From positions 248,001 through 312,000 of the forward strand of contig CP075492.1 in NCBI GenBank assembly GCA_021613535.1: DNA of 64,000 nt, written 5' to 3'. Source of the DNA: Adineta vaga (Eukaryota; Animalia; Rotifera). Below are positions 39,301-54,300 of the stretch, one piece after another (position 1 is the first letter of the stretch; each line of letters starts with the position of its first letter). The notes beneath the pieces were generated by a model. It had not been told where the DNA came from. It ran no database searches and saw only the letters and a program-made list of their open reading frames with translations. Made by a program: the position numbers and the translations under genes.

Positions 39301-42300
39301 ATAGAACGTATCTAGCGTTTATCCCAGACAAAGAGCGATCAAATCGAAATAATTTATATATATTCGTGATCAGCGTTTCATTCTCTATCAATTCATATAT
39401 AAACGAGCGAGAAAAAAATCCACTGAAATTTTACATGTGCTGCACCTTACAAATCGCATACATACGCCCAAAATCTACATATATATTCATATTAGTAATC
39501 CACTCATAATATAGTCGGATCTTTAGGAGCCTGTTTATCGCTTCATTTTATATCACTGAAATCTGATTGTTTCAACAAATTGAGCAATCACACAGTAGAC
39601 AAACAGAGGAATTGTCACACTCTCAAGTCATCCTTACAGAATTGAGAACACTATGTTTTTCAAAAATTATCAAAAATATCAAATATTTTACGGAATTCTT
39701 CTGTAGAACTATCAGCAAAATACAGATCTAAAGTAGTATTAAATCGTTAACGCTTTTTCTTGTAATTATTTATTGGTTCATTTCTAACACGAGAACGTGG
39801 TTAAGAAGTATGAGGCTTCGAAAACTCATACTTATCCTGTTTCTCTTTTTCACAACAAAGTTTTATTTTTAACTCACTTTGAAAATGTACTTATGTTAAT
39901 CTCTTCATACTCCTTATGTCAGAAAGTAAAAGAAATGAATGTACTATGTGCGTGAACGGATTGGAAGATAATAGATTCTCTATAGAAAAGTAAAACTAGA
40001 TTAATTTTCTTTTTCGAAGATCCTCAAATTCATCAACCAAACGTCACCTATTACAGTTTCTATAGAAAAACGTAAACTTTAAAGTCAATCGGTATTGTAC
40101 GGAGGCCCTCAGAATTAAGCCATATGAAAATACGAAAGTTTCACAATTTCCTATTACATCCAAACCTTCCGTAAAAAACACCTTCAAAACCGATGGTATT
40201 TTGTATGCAACCTGTGGTCTGGTGAAAGAATCTTGAACAATGCGTATTCTCTTACAGAATCTTCTTCTTTATCTCACCCAACTTAAGACTGTGAGGGTGA
40301 GGATGGTCTTTAGCATAAATGCAATCTAAAGAAGCTCAGATTTTAGCAGATTTCAGCAACTGTTTCTTTTGATATTTCAATGCTTTAGGAAGTTTTGTAG
40401 CATCTACGAAGCCTTTTGAAAGCTTCCGTAGAACCTCGACTATTATAGAATGTATAGTCACATATTATATGACATCATGAAGAGCTGTTTCTCAGTAAAA
40501 TATGTATCTTTAAGGAGGGAAAACAAGAAAATTGGAAAACATACCTTCAAACATTATATGTGGTTGTCGACAAAATATAACATCATCAATTTCGCTAGCT
40601 TCACTCGGTAAAATAAGACTAAGTCGTGATCGAGATATGAGACATGTATCCATTTCATTCATTGTTTCAGTAGATGAAAACAATTGTTCAATACAGTATG
40701 AAAATCGTTCAGCTATACTTGCAATAGTTTTCTTATCAAATAAATCATGAGAACCAACTAAACTAAATGATAATTTACCATTTTCAAATGTTGGATCATA
40801 AATGAATGTTAGCATAAAATCAAATTTAGCTGCTTCATTCGATTGCTCTAACATTACTGGCTCTAATTTTGTATCATTCATCAGTAGGTAAGTGACACTT
40901 TCAGACAAAGTGATAAAATCGAACATTGTTTCCAAAAAGCTAAGATTAGATTGATTGAGATGAAAGACACTGAGAATATGTTGAAGTGGATAATGAGAAT
41001 GTTCAAGAATTGATAAACACCTTTCTTTTACATAATGAACAAGTTCATCAAATGACCAATTTGCATTGAGGTGAATACGATATGGTAATGTTGCTACAAA
41101 CATTCCTATTACATTATGTAATTCAGCTCGATATCGATTAGCATTGAGACAAGAAATACATAGATCATCGTCACGAGTTAATCTGGATAGAAATAGATGG
41201 AATATGGACAATCCAAGTTGAAAAAGTGTAACATGCTGTGATGATGCATAATTGACAATCGATGTGCTTATTTGATCGTTAAGTGTGATATGAATTGTAG
41301 AAGCTAAGCCAGATCTCTCGTGATTGGATGAACGAGATCGATCATATGGTAACAATAATGGACGTTCAAAATTATATGTTTCTAACTGTGAAAACCAAAA
41401 TTCTTGTGATGGTTTCATGTCAATTTGACGTTCATGGATAGTGTAATCAATATATTGTAATGCTTCTTCGTCATCTTTCTCTGACCATTCTGAAGCGTTA
41501 TTATAAGCAAAACAGAAATCTTTGAAAAAAATTGGTTGAGACGATCGATCGAATGCTACATGATGAAAACCAATGACTAGAACATCAGAACTTTTTACTC
41601 GTTGATTATCATTATTTTTGTTAATTGAGTTCTGATGTTGAAGTATTTGACAATGAAAAACACGACCTATTGATAAATCGAACAAATTAGGATCAATAGT
41701 TAGTTGAGTAATTATATTTTGAAGTTCATTGTTATCTTTGAACGTTCGATTTGCAACTATCGTGAATGTGTTATTGGTATCTGTAATATATTGTTCTAAG
41801 ATGCCATTATTGGTGTTAAATTTGATAGATGTATGTAGTATTTTATGTTTGTTCAAGATATATTGAAGAGTTTTCAATAAACGCGTGAATGACAATGATC
41901 CTTGAGTAATTCTTAGCACCATTAGTTCATTATAAATAGCAATATTTTTTGAAAAACGAACTTGTTCATCAAGAGAGATGCGTTCTTGGGCAAAAGAAGC
42001 AATACCTGCAGATTAACAAAAGTATGTGTCGATTCATCCAATAATTTCCTAACAAATATATTTACCTCGATTGATATGCAATGAATGCCAAACTGTTGCT
42101 TGCATATCATTGTTTGTAACTGTTTGAAGTAGTTGTGAATGTTGAAATATAGTTGGCTGTTGAATAAATGAGCCTAACAAGAGTGTGTGAGTATCAAAAT
42201 TGAACAATGATTGATAGCGATGATAAAGTTCAATGAATAAAAGAGAATGACCACCAATGGTAAAAAAGTTTGTAGTCCTGGAAATATGATGTCCTTTATA

Positions 42301-45300
42301 ATCAAGAACTTGTCGCCAAACATTACATATACGAGACTCTAATTCATTGAGTGGTGCTTCGAAGTGATTATCTGTTGATACAGTTGCCGAAGAGAAGTTA
42401 GGTGAAGGTAAATGTTTTCGATCAATTTTTCCATTTGGATTGAGAGGTAATTTATCAAGAATAATGAAATGAGATGGAATCATATGCGGTGGAAGATGTG
42501 ATTGACAATATTCATGTAATTCTTTTTCACTAACGACTGAACTTTGAACATAAGCAACTAAATGATGTTGACCCCATTTCATGACAACACAAGTAGATAT
42601 CGATGTAATACTAAGTAGGCATCGTTCAATTTCACCAAGTTCAATTCTTTGTCCATGTAGTTTGATTTGAAAATCTTTTCTTCCTTGGTAATAGAGAAGG
42701 CCTTTATTGTCGAATTTGACAAGATCTCCAGTTCGATAAAATAATTCATCATTGATATAAATTATTACGTGTTTTGTTAAATCATCACGTCTATAGTAAC
42801 CGGAAAAAATAGCGGTACCTCCGATATATAATTCACCATCCTCACCTAATAGAGATGGTTGTAAATATGTATCCATTATCAGACATTTATAATTAGATAG
42901 TAAAAGTCCAATAGGAATATTTGTTCCAGAAAAATTTATGGTAGTAATATGGAATGTGGAATCTACAGTTGCTTCGGCTGGCCCATATAAATTCCATATA
43001 AGAGCATTTTGAGGAAGATAACGATATAATTTTTCAATCAATTGAACTGTACTAGTATCTCCTAGAAAACTAGTACCGTATATGCAGTGAAGAAAAAGTT
43101 TCATTTACCTCCAATATCAATAGTGCGTAAGGTACTAAATTTAGAATAATTATAATCTTCTAAAAGTTGTAACATATTATTGACATATGCTGGTACACTT
43201 TGTAGATAAGAAATTTCTTTTAATTCCAGCATCTCAAGAACATATAGGATATCCATATTACCTTGTGGATGAAGCATCACCAGAGAAGCGCTAATGCTTA
43301 ATGCTCCTAAAATTTCTTGAACATGTACGTCATAAGAGCAATTAGCCATTTGCAACATAGTATCTTTTAATGAAATCAAATTCAAAAGAACAAGAGAATT
43401 GATACACGATATTAAATTATCATGTCGAATGACAACCTAAATTACAATGGTAAAGAATCAAAACGGGTCAATTTGTCAACATACTGCTTTTGGTACGCCA
43501 GTTGAGCCACTTGTAAAAATGATGTATGCAATATTTTCTACGGTAACTACGACCTTCGACAATTCGTCAAAGCCTGTATCATTTTGCATGTCATTATTGC
43601 TCAGTATTGAATCGACATTAGCTACGATATCTTCATCCTGTACCTTATTCTTTGTTAGCCAATGAGCAAGAACAAGATGACTTTGGGTTTGATCGATAAG
43701 ATTATGCAAACGATCTTTTGGATCTCGAGGTGATAATGGACAATATACACCACCTACCATCTCAATTGCCATTATACCAATTACCTAAAACACGAGAAAC
43801 TTCCTAATTATAAACATCACAAAATTATCCAACGCAACCTACCATTGATATACTTCTCTCTACACATTGACAAATAATATCACCAACATTTACACGATAT
43901 TCATTCAATAGAGTCAAAGACAATACTTGAACATAATACAACAGTTCACAATATGTCAACGACTGTTCATCTAGTTCCACAGCTAACTTTTGTGAATAGA
44001 TCATCGCTTTAGAAACAAACTCATGATGAATGCATTTGACAGATGGATATGATATTTGTGTATTATTCATTGATTGTACAAGTAATTGTTCAGTTGGTAG
44101 TGTTAATGACAATTCATAGTATGCCTTCCGTGTTCGACTATGAATAGATGTCGATAACTGATACAACAATGAATGAAATTGTTGTGCAATTTTATTAACA
44201 GTTTCTGTACGAAATAAATCCAATGATGCATCAATTGTACATGAAAGTTCATTAAGATCCAAAGTATGATGAAAAGTGAGAATAAAATCAAATTTACTCA
44301 TCACTTCATCATCGCTAATATGAATTGAGTCTGGCGCTAAAATAAGTTCATTATCACCAAGAATTATTTTTCTCTCATTGTCGTTGCTCATAGATGATGT
44401 AAACTCGAATGATGTATCAAGAAATGCAGGACTTGATAGATGAGGATGTTGTGCAAGAATACGTTGAAGTGGAAAATATGAATATTTCATACTATTTGTC
44501 ATCAAGACTCGCATTTGTTGAGTGAATTGATGAAACGAAGAATGAGGATCAAGTTGACATCGAAGAGGAATAGCATTGACAAACATTCCAATTAGAGATC
44601 TAAATTCATCTCGATAACGTCCATCTGTATTCATTCCAATACAAAGATCGTGTTCTGCATTAGTTAATTTGAATAAAAGAATAAAATAAATTGTGAGTGC
44701 CAAATACTCAAGTGAAATGTTATTTGTCGATGCATATGTAAGAAAGTAATGTGAAAGATCTTGTCCAAAATCAAACGAAATAGATGTTCCACGACCAGTT
44801 CGATGTTCATTTGCAAGACGATATCGATCATATGGTAATGAAAGAGATTGATCAAGTTTACAGTCATGGAGAGTATCAAGCCAAAACATTTCTGCACCAG
44901 TCATTGACATTCCTCGTTCGATAGCAGCATCTACATAGAAGAACAACGATGAATGACATATGAGAAAGAAAAAGTGCGATGTTGAAGATGTATACTTACA
45001 ATCAAGATATCGAATATTCATTTCATCATCATTGTTGTTGTTATTGCTAAGTAATTCACCTGTTGTATATACTTGATTAAGATCATGAAGAAAGATATGC
45101 ATTGATGGAAAATCAAATGCTGCATGATGAAAATTGAAGATGATTATATCTTTATGATGAAGTAGATGATCGGAAGAGATGTGTTTGTAATAGACAAGAT
45201 GACATCGAAAGACAAGACCTTGAGTAAGATTGAAGAGTTGAGGATTTCGTTTTTCTTCATGTATGATATTGTTGAGTTGTTGTTGTGTTTCATAAGTACT

Positions 45301-48300
45301 CTCAATAAATGTAAATAATGTCTTTTGATCTGTGTTAATGTCTATGATTCGTTGCATCAATATATTTTTATCTTTGTCGAAAATGAATGCTGTATGAAGT
45401 GCAAGATGTTTGCTGATAGTGAGATCGAGTGCATGTTGAAGTTGTTTGACTGATATAGTATTATTTGTAGAAAGGTGATAAATGAAAGGCATGTTGTAGA
45501 TTGCTACTTGTGGATTTTGAGGATCGAATCTCATTTGTTCGTCGAGCCAAATGCGAGCTTGTGCATATGATGCTGGTGCTATAGTAATTGCAGTTTATGT
45601 GTGTAACAATAAAAGTGTCAACGATATACAGGACAGGATGTATTAGCGTCTATGATGATTCGCTCTATATTGACCTTGAGATTAAGATGGTCCTTCTAGT
45701 CTGATTAGCTTAGAACATCTGGGTAGCAAAAGATGTGGGTTCGAATCCTACGTATGCTATCTTTTCTTTATTTTCTTCTATATCAGGTTTCTGTCACTTA
45801 TGTCTCTTCCCTAGCTATAATATGAAGCCAATACGATTAAACATACTTTTTGCTGATAACTTTATTCATAGTCTGTGCCTCTCTCAAAATACAGGCTGTA
45901 TTCTCGCTTGTTTAATCTAACTATTGTCTTCTAATGTGAGTTTTCGAAAAAGAGTTAAACAGTATAATTGATTTCAAATTAAGGATAGTGTAAAGCGGGT
46001 AACACGTTGGTCTCTGAGTTAACGAGAAATTTGATTTTTTGGCAAGTTCAAAAAATCAGCTGTAATACTTAGGGCAATCCAAAAGTAGTGAGGGAGGTAC
46101 TCGTTTCCTTAACCAGGGATATAAAAAGAATTTCTTTTTCCACTAATGGATAGAGCGTGGTTTGCTCTATCTATCCATGCTATGTGATCACTATTAAACT
46201 GCGACTATGATAACAAAATTTTGATAGGATCTCTTTCTGTCGCATATTCACTGGTAGCACGAACAAGAATGCTTGTGAGTATTTTTGGAATAACTTCTGA
46301 TAGAAACAGGATAGACAACTGCCGTTTTCACCGTTGGAAAGAGGAGATGAGGACGCATCGAGCTATGTATCACTAATTTTTCCAATCTACTTTTTATAAG
46401 GTTTCAGCTGGCTTTTTAAAGAGGAAATCTATTCCATAAGTTGTTTACAGTAAGTTTTCAATAATCGTGTTCATATTCAAACTACTAATTGGATATCTAC
46501 AGGCTGCGAAACACTCAGCTATTTAATACAATTATTTATGAATACTATCTATTCTTAAGAAACCTCTACTACGATATTCTATCAAATTTTTCGCCTTTTC
46601 TTCTTTTTTATAAAACAAGATTTTTTTCGCCGGTTAGAAAATTGAATAAAAAATGTCGGAACTCATAATAGAAAACTCGATAGTATACTGTTCAATGCGT
46701 TTTCGTCTCCTTTTTCCAACGGTGAAAACTGCAGTTGTCTATCCTGTTTCTATCAGAAGTTATTCCAAAAATACTCACAAGCATTCTTGTTCGTGCTACC
46801 AGTGAATATGCGACAGAAAGAGATCCTATCAAAATTTTGTTATCATAGTTGCAGTTTAATAGTGATCACATAGCATGGAAAGATAGAGCAAACCACGCTC
46901 TATCTATTAGTGGAAAAAGAAATTCTTTTTATACCCCTGATTAAGGAAACAAGTACCTCCCTCACTACTTTTAGATTGCCCTAAGTATGTTATCTGTAAA
47001 ACTGATCAAAAGCCGCCATGGTTGAGTGGTTACGTGTTCGACACGTAGCTACTAGGTACTGTGTTCAAACTTCAGTAACGTCAGGCATGGAATGAAGCTG
47101 GACAAGTCACTAACGGCTAAGTTGTCTGAAAATGACTCAATCCACATGAGTCATTCGTACTGACTACACACTTAGTCAGTATGTTGGACGGCAGAGGGTC
47201 CAGATACCACCGTCCGTAAAAAGAAAAAGACGAAAGAAACCGGCTGCATGTGGATAAAAATACTAATAATAGCCGCGGCCGGCCGGCAGCGGGCGTTAAG
47301 CCTATGCGACGTTATTATTATATTATTATTATGCTTATAAAACTGATCAAACGATCTTTTAGGATTAGTACTAAACTCAATGAAAATGATGACTTGTTTG
47401 TTATTTCGAAAAATTTCATCGATAGTCCAGACACCGAGGTATATATGTATGAGAGGTATAACGGTCTTTGCAATCTGATAGTTGGAAGCGGTTTTATGCA
47501 GTCTAAGCCGTTTAGAGCGATCTAAGTGTTCTATGTGGTCTTGTGGTTTAGAGCGGTATAATCAAGGGGGAGGGGAGAAGCAAGACTTCATATACTTCAA
47601 ACAGAATTTGAAATCTCATGAAGTACCGTGAATTACTGTGAAGTATGAGTGAAGTATGAGTGAAGTATTAATGAAGTATTAATGAAGTATTAGTGAAGTA
47701 CTAGTGAAATAGAGTGAAGTATGATTGAAGTAGATTGAAGTACCAATGAAGTCTTGCTTTTCCTCCCTTAGCTATAATGCGATCTAGGCAGCACAACAAT
47801 CTTAGAGATCATAGATTGCATTGGTTAGGGGGCATAGATCACTTTACTGCTTAGATCGTATAGATAGCAGCAGAGCGTTATAGCATGAATAGTGCTGTAA
47901 ATAACGTAGCTAATATAAATGGTATTTATATATATATATATTTCATTTTGTTACAAAATTATCACGGACATCAAATTGATATACTCTGTTTTTTTGGTGA
48001 ATAAAAATCATTGGTCATTGTTATGTAGTCGATAGCTTTATTACGGTAGGACACGTTTTAACAGTTTTTTTAATCATAGAAGCATTGCTTTATTAACATC
48101 AATGAGACATCCGTGTCACAAAGGTTGTCTGCAGTTGAAATGATCCTTTTCGTTCTGCATATGCTAGTGCCTTACATAGTTTTTATCTGTCGATGATGGC
48201 AAAATAATAAAAGACCACCACACTATCGAAAATTTAACAAAATCCCTCTTGCGATGAGATACATCACACACAACCTTCCTATAACCGTAAATTCTAGCTG

Positions 48301-51300
48301 ATGGAACGTACATACTTTCCAAAGCTTGATATTAGTAATGGATGTTTATACACACTGTATACATATGCCTAAAACTCACGTCTATATTTCCACTAGTAGT
48401 ACACTTAGATTATAGTCATATCTTTAAGAACTCATTTATTGCTTCAAAAAATTGAGCAGTCAGACAGCAGAAAAACAGAGGAATTGCCGTATTCGTAAGT
48501 CATCTTGACAGAATTGAGAACACTATGTTTTTCAAAAATTACCGAGATGTCAAATATTTTACGGAGTTATTCTGTAGAGCTATCAGAAAAATACGAATCT
48601 AAGTCTGTATGAAATTGTTATTGCTGTTTCTTGTAATCATTCATTGATTTATTCATAACACAAGAACGTGATAAAGGCGTATGCGATTATGAAAAGTCAT
48701 AATCATCTTATTTCTCTTTTTCACAATGAATGTTTCATTTTTCACTCATGTTGAAACTCTACTTATGATAAGTTCTTCATGCTTCTTATGCCAGAGGGTA
48801 AAAGAAGTGAATGTAGTATGGGCACAAATGGAGTAACAGACGATAGACTCTGTAGAAAAGTAAAACTAGATTAATTTTCTTTTTTCGAAAATTCTCAAAT
48901 GAATGAATCAATCGAACGTTAACCATTACAGTTTCAACAGCGAAAAGTAAACTCAAATGCAGATCCATATTATACGAAAGTCCTGAGAAATATGTCGTAT
49001 GCAAATACTCCCCAAATCGATGAAGTTTTTTTGCAACATTTGATCTTAATAAAGAACCTTGAAGAGTGCGTATTCTCTTACAGAATCTTCTTCTTTATCT
49101 CACCCAACTTAAGACTGTGAGGGTGAGGATGGTCTTTAGCATAAATGCAATCTAAAGAAGCTCAGATTTTAGCAGATTTCAGCAACTGTTTCTTTTGATA
49201 TTTCAATGCTTTAGGAAGTTTTGTAGCATCTACGAAGCCTTTTGAAAGCTTCCGTAGAACCTCGACTATTATAGAATGTATAGTCACATATTATATGACA
49301 TCATGAAGAGCTGTTTCTCAGTAAAATATGTATCTTTAAGGAGGGAAAACAAGAAAATTGGACAACATACCTTCAAACATTATATGTGGTTGTCGACAAA
49401 ATATAACATCATCAATTTCGCTAGCTTCACTCGGTAAAATAAGACTAAGTCGTGATCGAGATATGAGACATGTATCCATTTCATTCATTGTTTCAGTAGA
49501 TGAAAACAATTGTTCAATACAGTATGAAAATCGTTCAGCTATACTTGCAATAGTTTTCTTATCAAATAAATCATGAGAACCAACTAAACTAAATGATAAT
49601 TTACCATTTTCAAATGTTGGATCATAAATGAATGTTAGCATAAAATCAAATTTAGCTGCTTCATTCGATTGCTCTAACATTACTGGCTCTAATTTTGTAT
49701 CATTCATCAGTAGGTAAGTGACACTTTCAGACAAAGTGATAAAATCGAACATTGTTTCCAAAAAGCTAAGATTAGATTGATTGAGATGAAAGACACTGAG
49801 AATATGTTGAAGTGGATAATGAGAATGTTCAAGAATTGATAAACACCTTTCTTTTACATAATGAACAAGTTCATCAAATGACCAATTTGCATTGAGGTGA
49901 ATACGATATGGTAATGTTGCTACAAACATTCCTATTACATTATGTAATTCAGCTCGATATCGATTAGCATTGAGACAAGAAATACATAGATCATCGTCAC
50001 GAGTTAATCTGGATAGAAATAGATGGAATATGGACAATCCAAGTTGAAAAAGTGTAACATGCTGTGATGATGCATAATTGACAATCGATGTGCTTATTTG
50101 ATCGTTAAGTGTGATATGAATTGTAGAAGCTAAGCCAGATCTCTCGTGATTGGATGAACGAGATCGATCATATGGTAACAATAATGGACGTTCAAAATTA
50201 TATGTTTCTAACTGTGAAAACCAAAATTCTTGTGATGGTTTCATGTCAATTTGACGTTCATGGATAGTGTAATCAATATATTGTAATGCTTCTTCGTCAT
50301 CTTTCTCTGACCATTCTGAAGCGTTATTATAAGCAAAACAGAAATCTTTGAAGAAAATTGGTCTACATGATCGATCATATGCTGCATGATGAAAACCAAT
50401 GACTAGAACATCAGAACTTTTTACTCGTTGATTATCATTATTTTTGTTAATTGAGTTCTGATGTTGAAGTATTTGACAATGAAAAACACGACCTATTGAT
50501 AAATCGAACAAATTAGGATCAATAGTTAGTTGAGTAATTATATTTTGAAGTTCATTGTTATCTTTGAACGTTCGATTTGCAACTATCGTGAATGTGTTAT
50601 TGGTATCTGTAATATATTGTTCTAAGATGCCATTATTGGTGTTAAATTTGATAGATGTATGTAGTATTTTATGTTTGTTCAAGATATATTGAAGAGTTTT
50701 CAATAAACGCGTGAATGACAATGATCCTTGAGTAATTCTTAGCACCATTAGTTCATTATAAATAGCAATATTTTTTGAAAAACGAACTTGTTCATCAAGA
50801 GAGATGCGTTCTTGGGCAAAAGAAGCAATACCTGCAGATTAACAAAAGTATGTGTCGATTCATCCAATAATTTCCTAACAAATATATTTACCTCGATTGA
50901 TATGCAATGAATGCCAAACTGTTGCTTGCATATCATTGTTTGTAACTGTTTGAAGTAGTTGTGAATGTTGAAATATAGTTGGCTGTTGAATAAATGAGCC
51001 TAACAAGAGTGTGTGAGTATCAAAATTGAACAATGATTGATAGCGATGATAAAGTTCAATGAATAAAAGAGAATGACCACCAATGGTAAAAAAGTTTGTA
51101 GTCCTGGAAATATGATGTCCTTTATAATCAAGAACTTGTCGCCAAACATTACATATACGAGACTCTAATTCATTGAGTGGTGCTTCGAAGTGATTATCTG
51201 TTGATACAGTTGCCGAAGAGAAGTTAGGTGAAGGTAAATGTTTTCGATCAATTTTTCCATTTGGATTGAGAGGTAATTTATCAAGAATAATGAAATGAGA

Positions 51301-54300
51301 TGGAATCATATGCGGTGGAAGATGTGATTGACAATATTCATGTAATTCTTTTTCACTAACGACTGAACTTTGAACATAAGCAACTAAATGATGTTGACCC
51401 CATTTCATGACAACACAAGTAGATATCGATGTAATACTAAGTAGGCATCGTTCAATTTCACCAAGTTCAATTCTTTGTCCATGTAGTTTGATTTGAAAAT
51501 CTTTTCTTCCTTGATATTGAACAAGATTATTCTGATCTATCTTGACAAGATCACCAGTTCGATAAAACAACATATCATCGATATAAATCACTGCTTTTGA
51601 TGTTAAATCATTGCGTCCAAGATAACCAGCAAAGACGCCTACTCCTCCAACAAGTAGCTCTCCTTCTTGGTTTATCAATACACTTTGCAAATATTCATCC
51701 AGAACTATATGGCTGTAGTTTGGAAGTGGTCGTCCTATCGGAAGATTTTCCATTTCTGTTGTAGCATTCAACAGATAACACGTACAATCAATAGTCGCCT
51801 CTGCTGGCCCATATAAATTCCAAATGTTACATTCTAATATTTCAATGTTTACAATCAAATTTATTAATTTGGGATTAAATGGTTCTCCTGTTAAAATATA
51901 AAAGAAATATGTTTAAGATCTAAGTAAAAACATATAAATGCTGAGTAGATTATGGCTTCGTAAAATAGGTAAATACTCAGAAGAAAAATTAGATGCTCAG
52001 TGAAAATAATAGTTGTCGGTAACTAAAATTTGTTGCTAAGTTAAATAATTAACATCTAAGCAAAATATCTAATTACTCAGTTAAGAAATAAGAATGATAA
52101 GTTAAAAAAGAAACTTGATGGATAGAGAAAAGGTATTGCTGAGTAAAAGTGACTATGTCAAGATAAAGATTGTCAACCTTGATGTGGATCATATGTTTTC
52201 TTTTTCTTCCTGTGACAGTTACATATGATCTTCGCTATTTACCAAAAACTTCTTCTTTAATCGCTTTTGTATATATGCATATGTGTCAGGCAAAGTTAAA
52301 CTTTATATTTGAAAATAGTATTTGTGAGTTTTTACAATAAATTCAAATTCAAGAATTAAAGTCGTCATCGCGGTGCGTTGTTTAAATTTTAAATAATAGT
52401 AATTGCACTAACGTAAGTTTCAGGAAGGTGTAGCGTTCGTTAGTAGTTTTCAATACAAACTATACGAAGTTTCAGGAAGATGTAGAGTCCGCGAGTAGTT
52501 TGCAATAGAAAATCAAATAAAACTTGAGAATATTTAATCATAGTCAGAAGTTACAAATACACGATGGTCTGAAAGTCATGTTACTCGAAAAAAATTGAAT
52601 ATCTCCCTTACTGTTCGATCAAACGGACTAATTTCTTTTATAAAGTATAGAGACATGTTTACATTTCAAATCCATATGGATAACATTAGTGAGAACCTTT
52701 GTTATATATCAGTACTGACCTCAACAAGAAAATTTTTACTTATTAACAAATAGGAAAACAAAACAATATACTTAACATAGGTTCTCACTAATATGGTTGG
52801 TATGGATTTTAATTATCAACATGTCTCTGTGTTTGATGAAAATATTACGTCGTTAACTGGAGCTTAAGGAAGATATTCAATTTTCTCTTTTGATAAAGTG
52901 AATTTTATAACATCCTGTACATTTTTCTTTATTTGTGAAAAAGTAAAATTTTTCTGTTAAAGTCAACTGTAAAACTTAACAAAGGTTCTCACTTATTTTG
53001 TCCACATGGATGGCGAGTGTGAAGTTGTCTTCATATCAGTTAAAAAACCGAGTCTGTGTGGTCGAGCAGTAAGGGAAATATTTAATTTTTTTGGGTAACA
53101 GGACTTTTGGGTCACTTAATATTTGTTATGAGCGTGATGTCAACTGCCCGATCGGAAAGCAAAAAAAAGGGGATGTATCGTTTTCATAGGAAACGATCAT
53201 ATATATTCAATTTTGGTGTGAAAATATTATGTTCATAGCGCTAGTAACGATTGTTGCAAGCTTCTTTTGAGAAAAGTTGTAGCTAGTTAGAAAATTTTTT
53301 TCATATTAATCTACTCGAACAGCCCGTGTGGGTTCGATAGCGTATAGTTCTTACTCATGTAGTTTTTAGGTTTATCTGATGCAGAAATAGTTGCTGAACA
53401 GTCTACTCTATGCTCAAATTATTACCATCGCTACCTTAAAGTTTAGTATGCTGCCAAAACACTAATAGAGTCTGTGTATCTATTTTGTCAGTCTGTGTTG
53501 ATTTTCAACGAAACATCGTTTTAAATCGTATGATAGAACGGTATTCATTCACAGAAGAAAAGATGATTCAATTTTGCGCCTAATTAGAAACGAATTTTGA
53601 CTAAGTTTGATTTTACCTAAAACTCAATTCTGCCTGGGACATCTGTGTATGTATATATAGTAGTTGAAGTTTAGTTTAAACATACTACAATACCAAATTT
53701 TTTACAAACACAACAGTATGAGGCTTCATCTGAATCCGACGATGCGATGGACCAGCAGAATGTCCGAGACGAGAGAATAGTTAAACGTAAATTTGCTTGA
53801 ATAAGACAAAAGTGCTTTTCTAATGGTACACACGCTCAATTAGAAATCAAACGAGAAGAACAATTGAGTCGATATTGTACTAACAGAGTTAAAGATAGAC
53901 TGAGAGTTTATTACCGGTACAATAAAGTTAAGTTTCACGGCCTGCAATGTAATGCCTCAATTTATCTCTTTCATACGCATAATCATGATGAGGTTATATT
54001 ATATAGTGTATATAATGGGCATAGTCATACTGATCTAAGTAGACGTTATTCTTCTCTGAAGAAATGAAACAGAATATCCAGGAACTGTTCGATATGAAAT
54101 TAAAGCCAAAAAAAATATATGAAGTAACGGGAAGGTGAGAAATAACAAGATAACCCGTAGTCAGTTAAACAATTATTTAACACAATTACGTAGACAAAAA
54201 TTTTGTCCTTCTATCTTAAATTTAGCAGAATTAGAATCTTGATGTCAAGAGAAACATATAATACCACAATCTGAAGATGAACCATTTGCAGTTTCTTTTC

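Noticed and set aside
37975-39509. Duplicated ORF pairs (MRDRMNCH..., MNVNSFSAG...)
   Set aside because: Mirror images produced by the palindrome arms, with non-ATG starts and no domain similarity.
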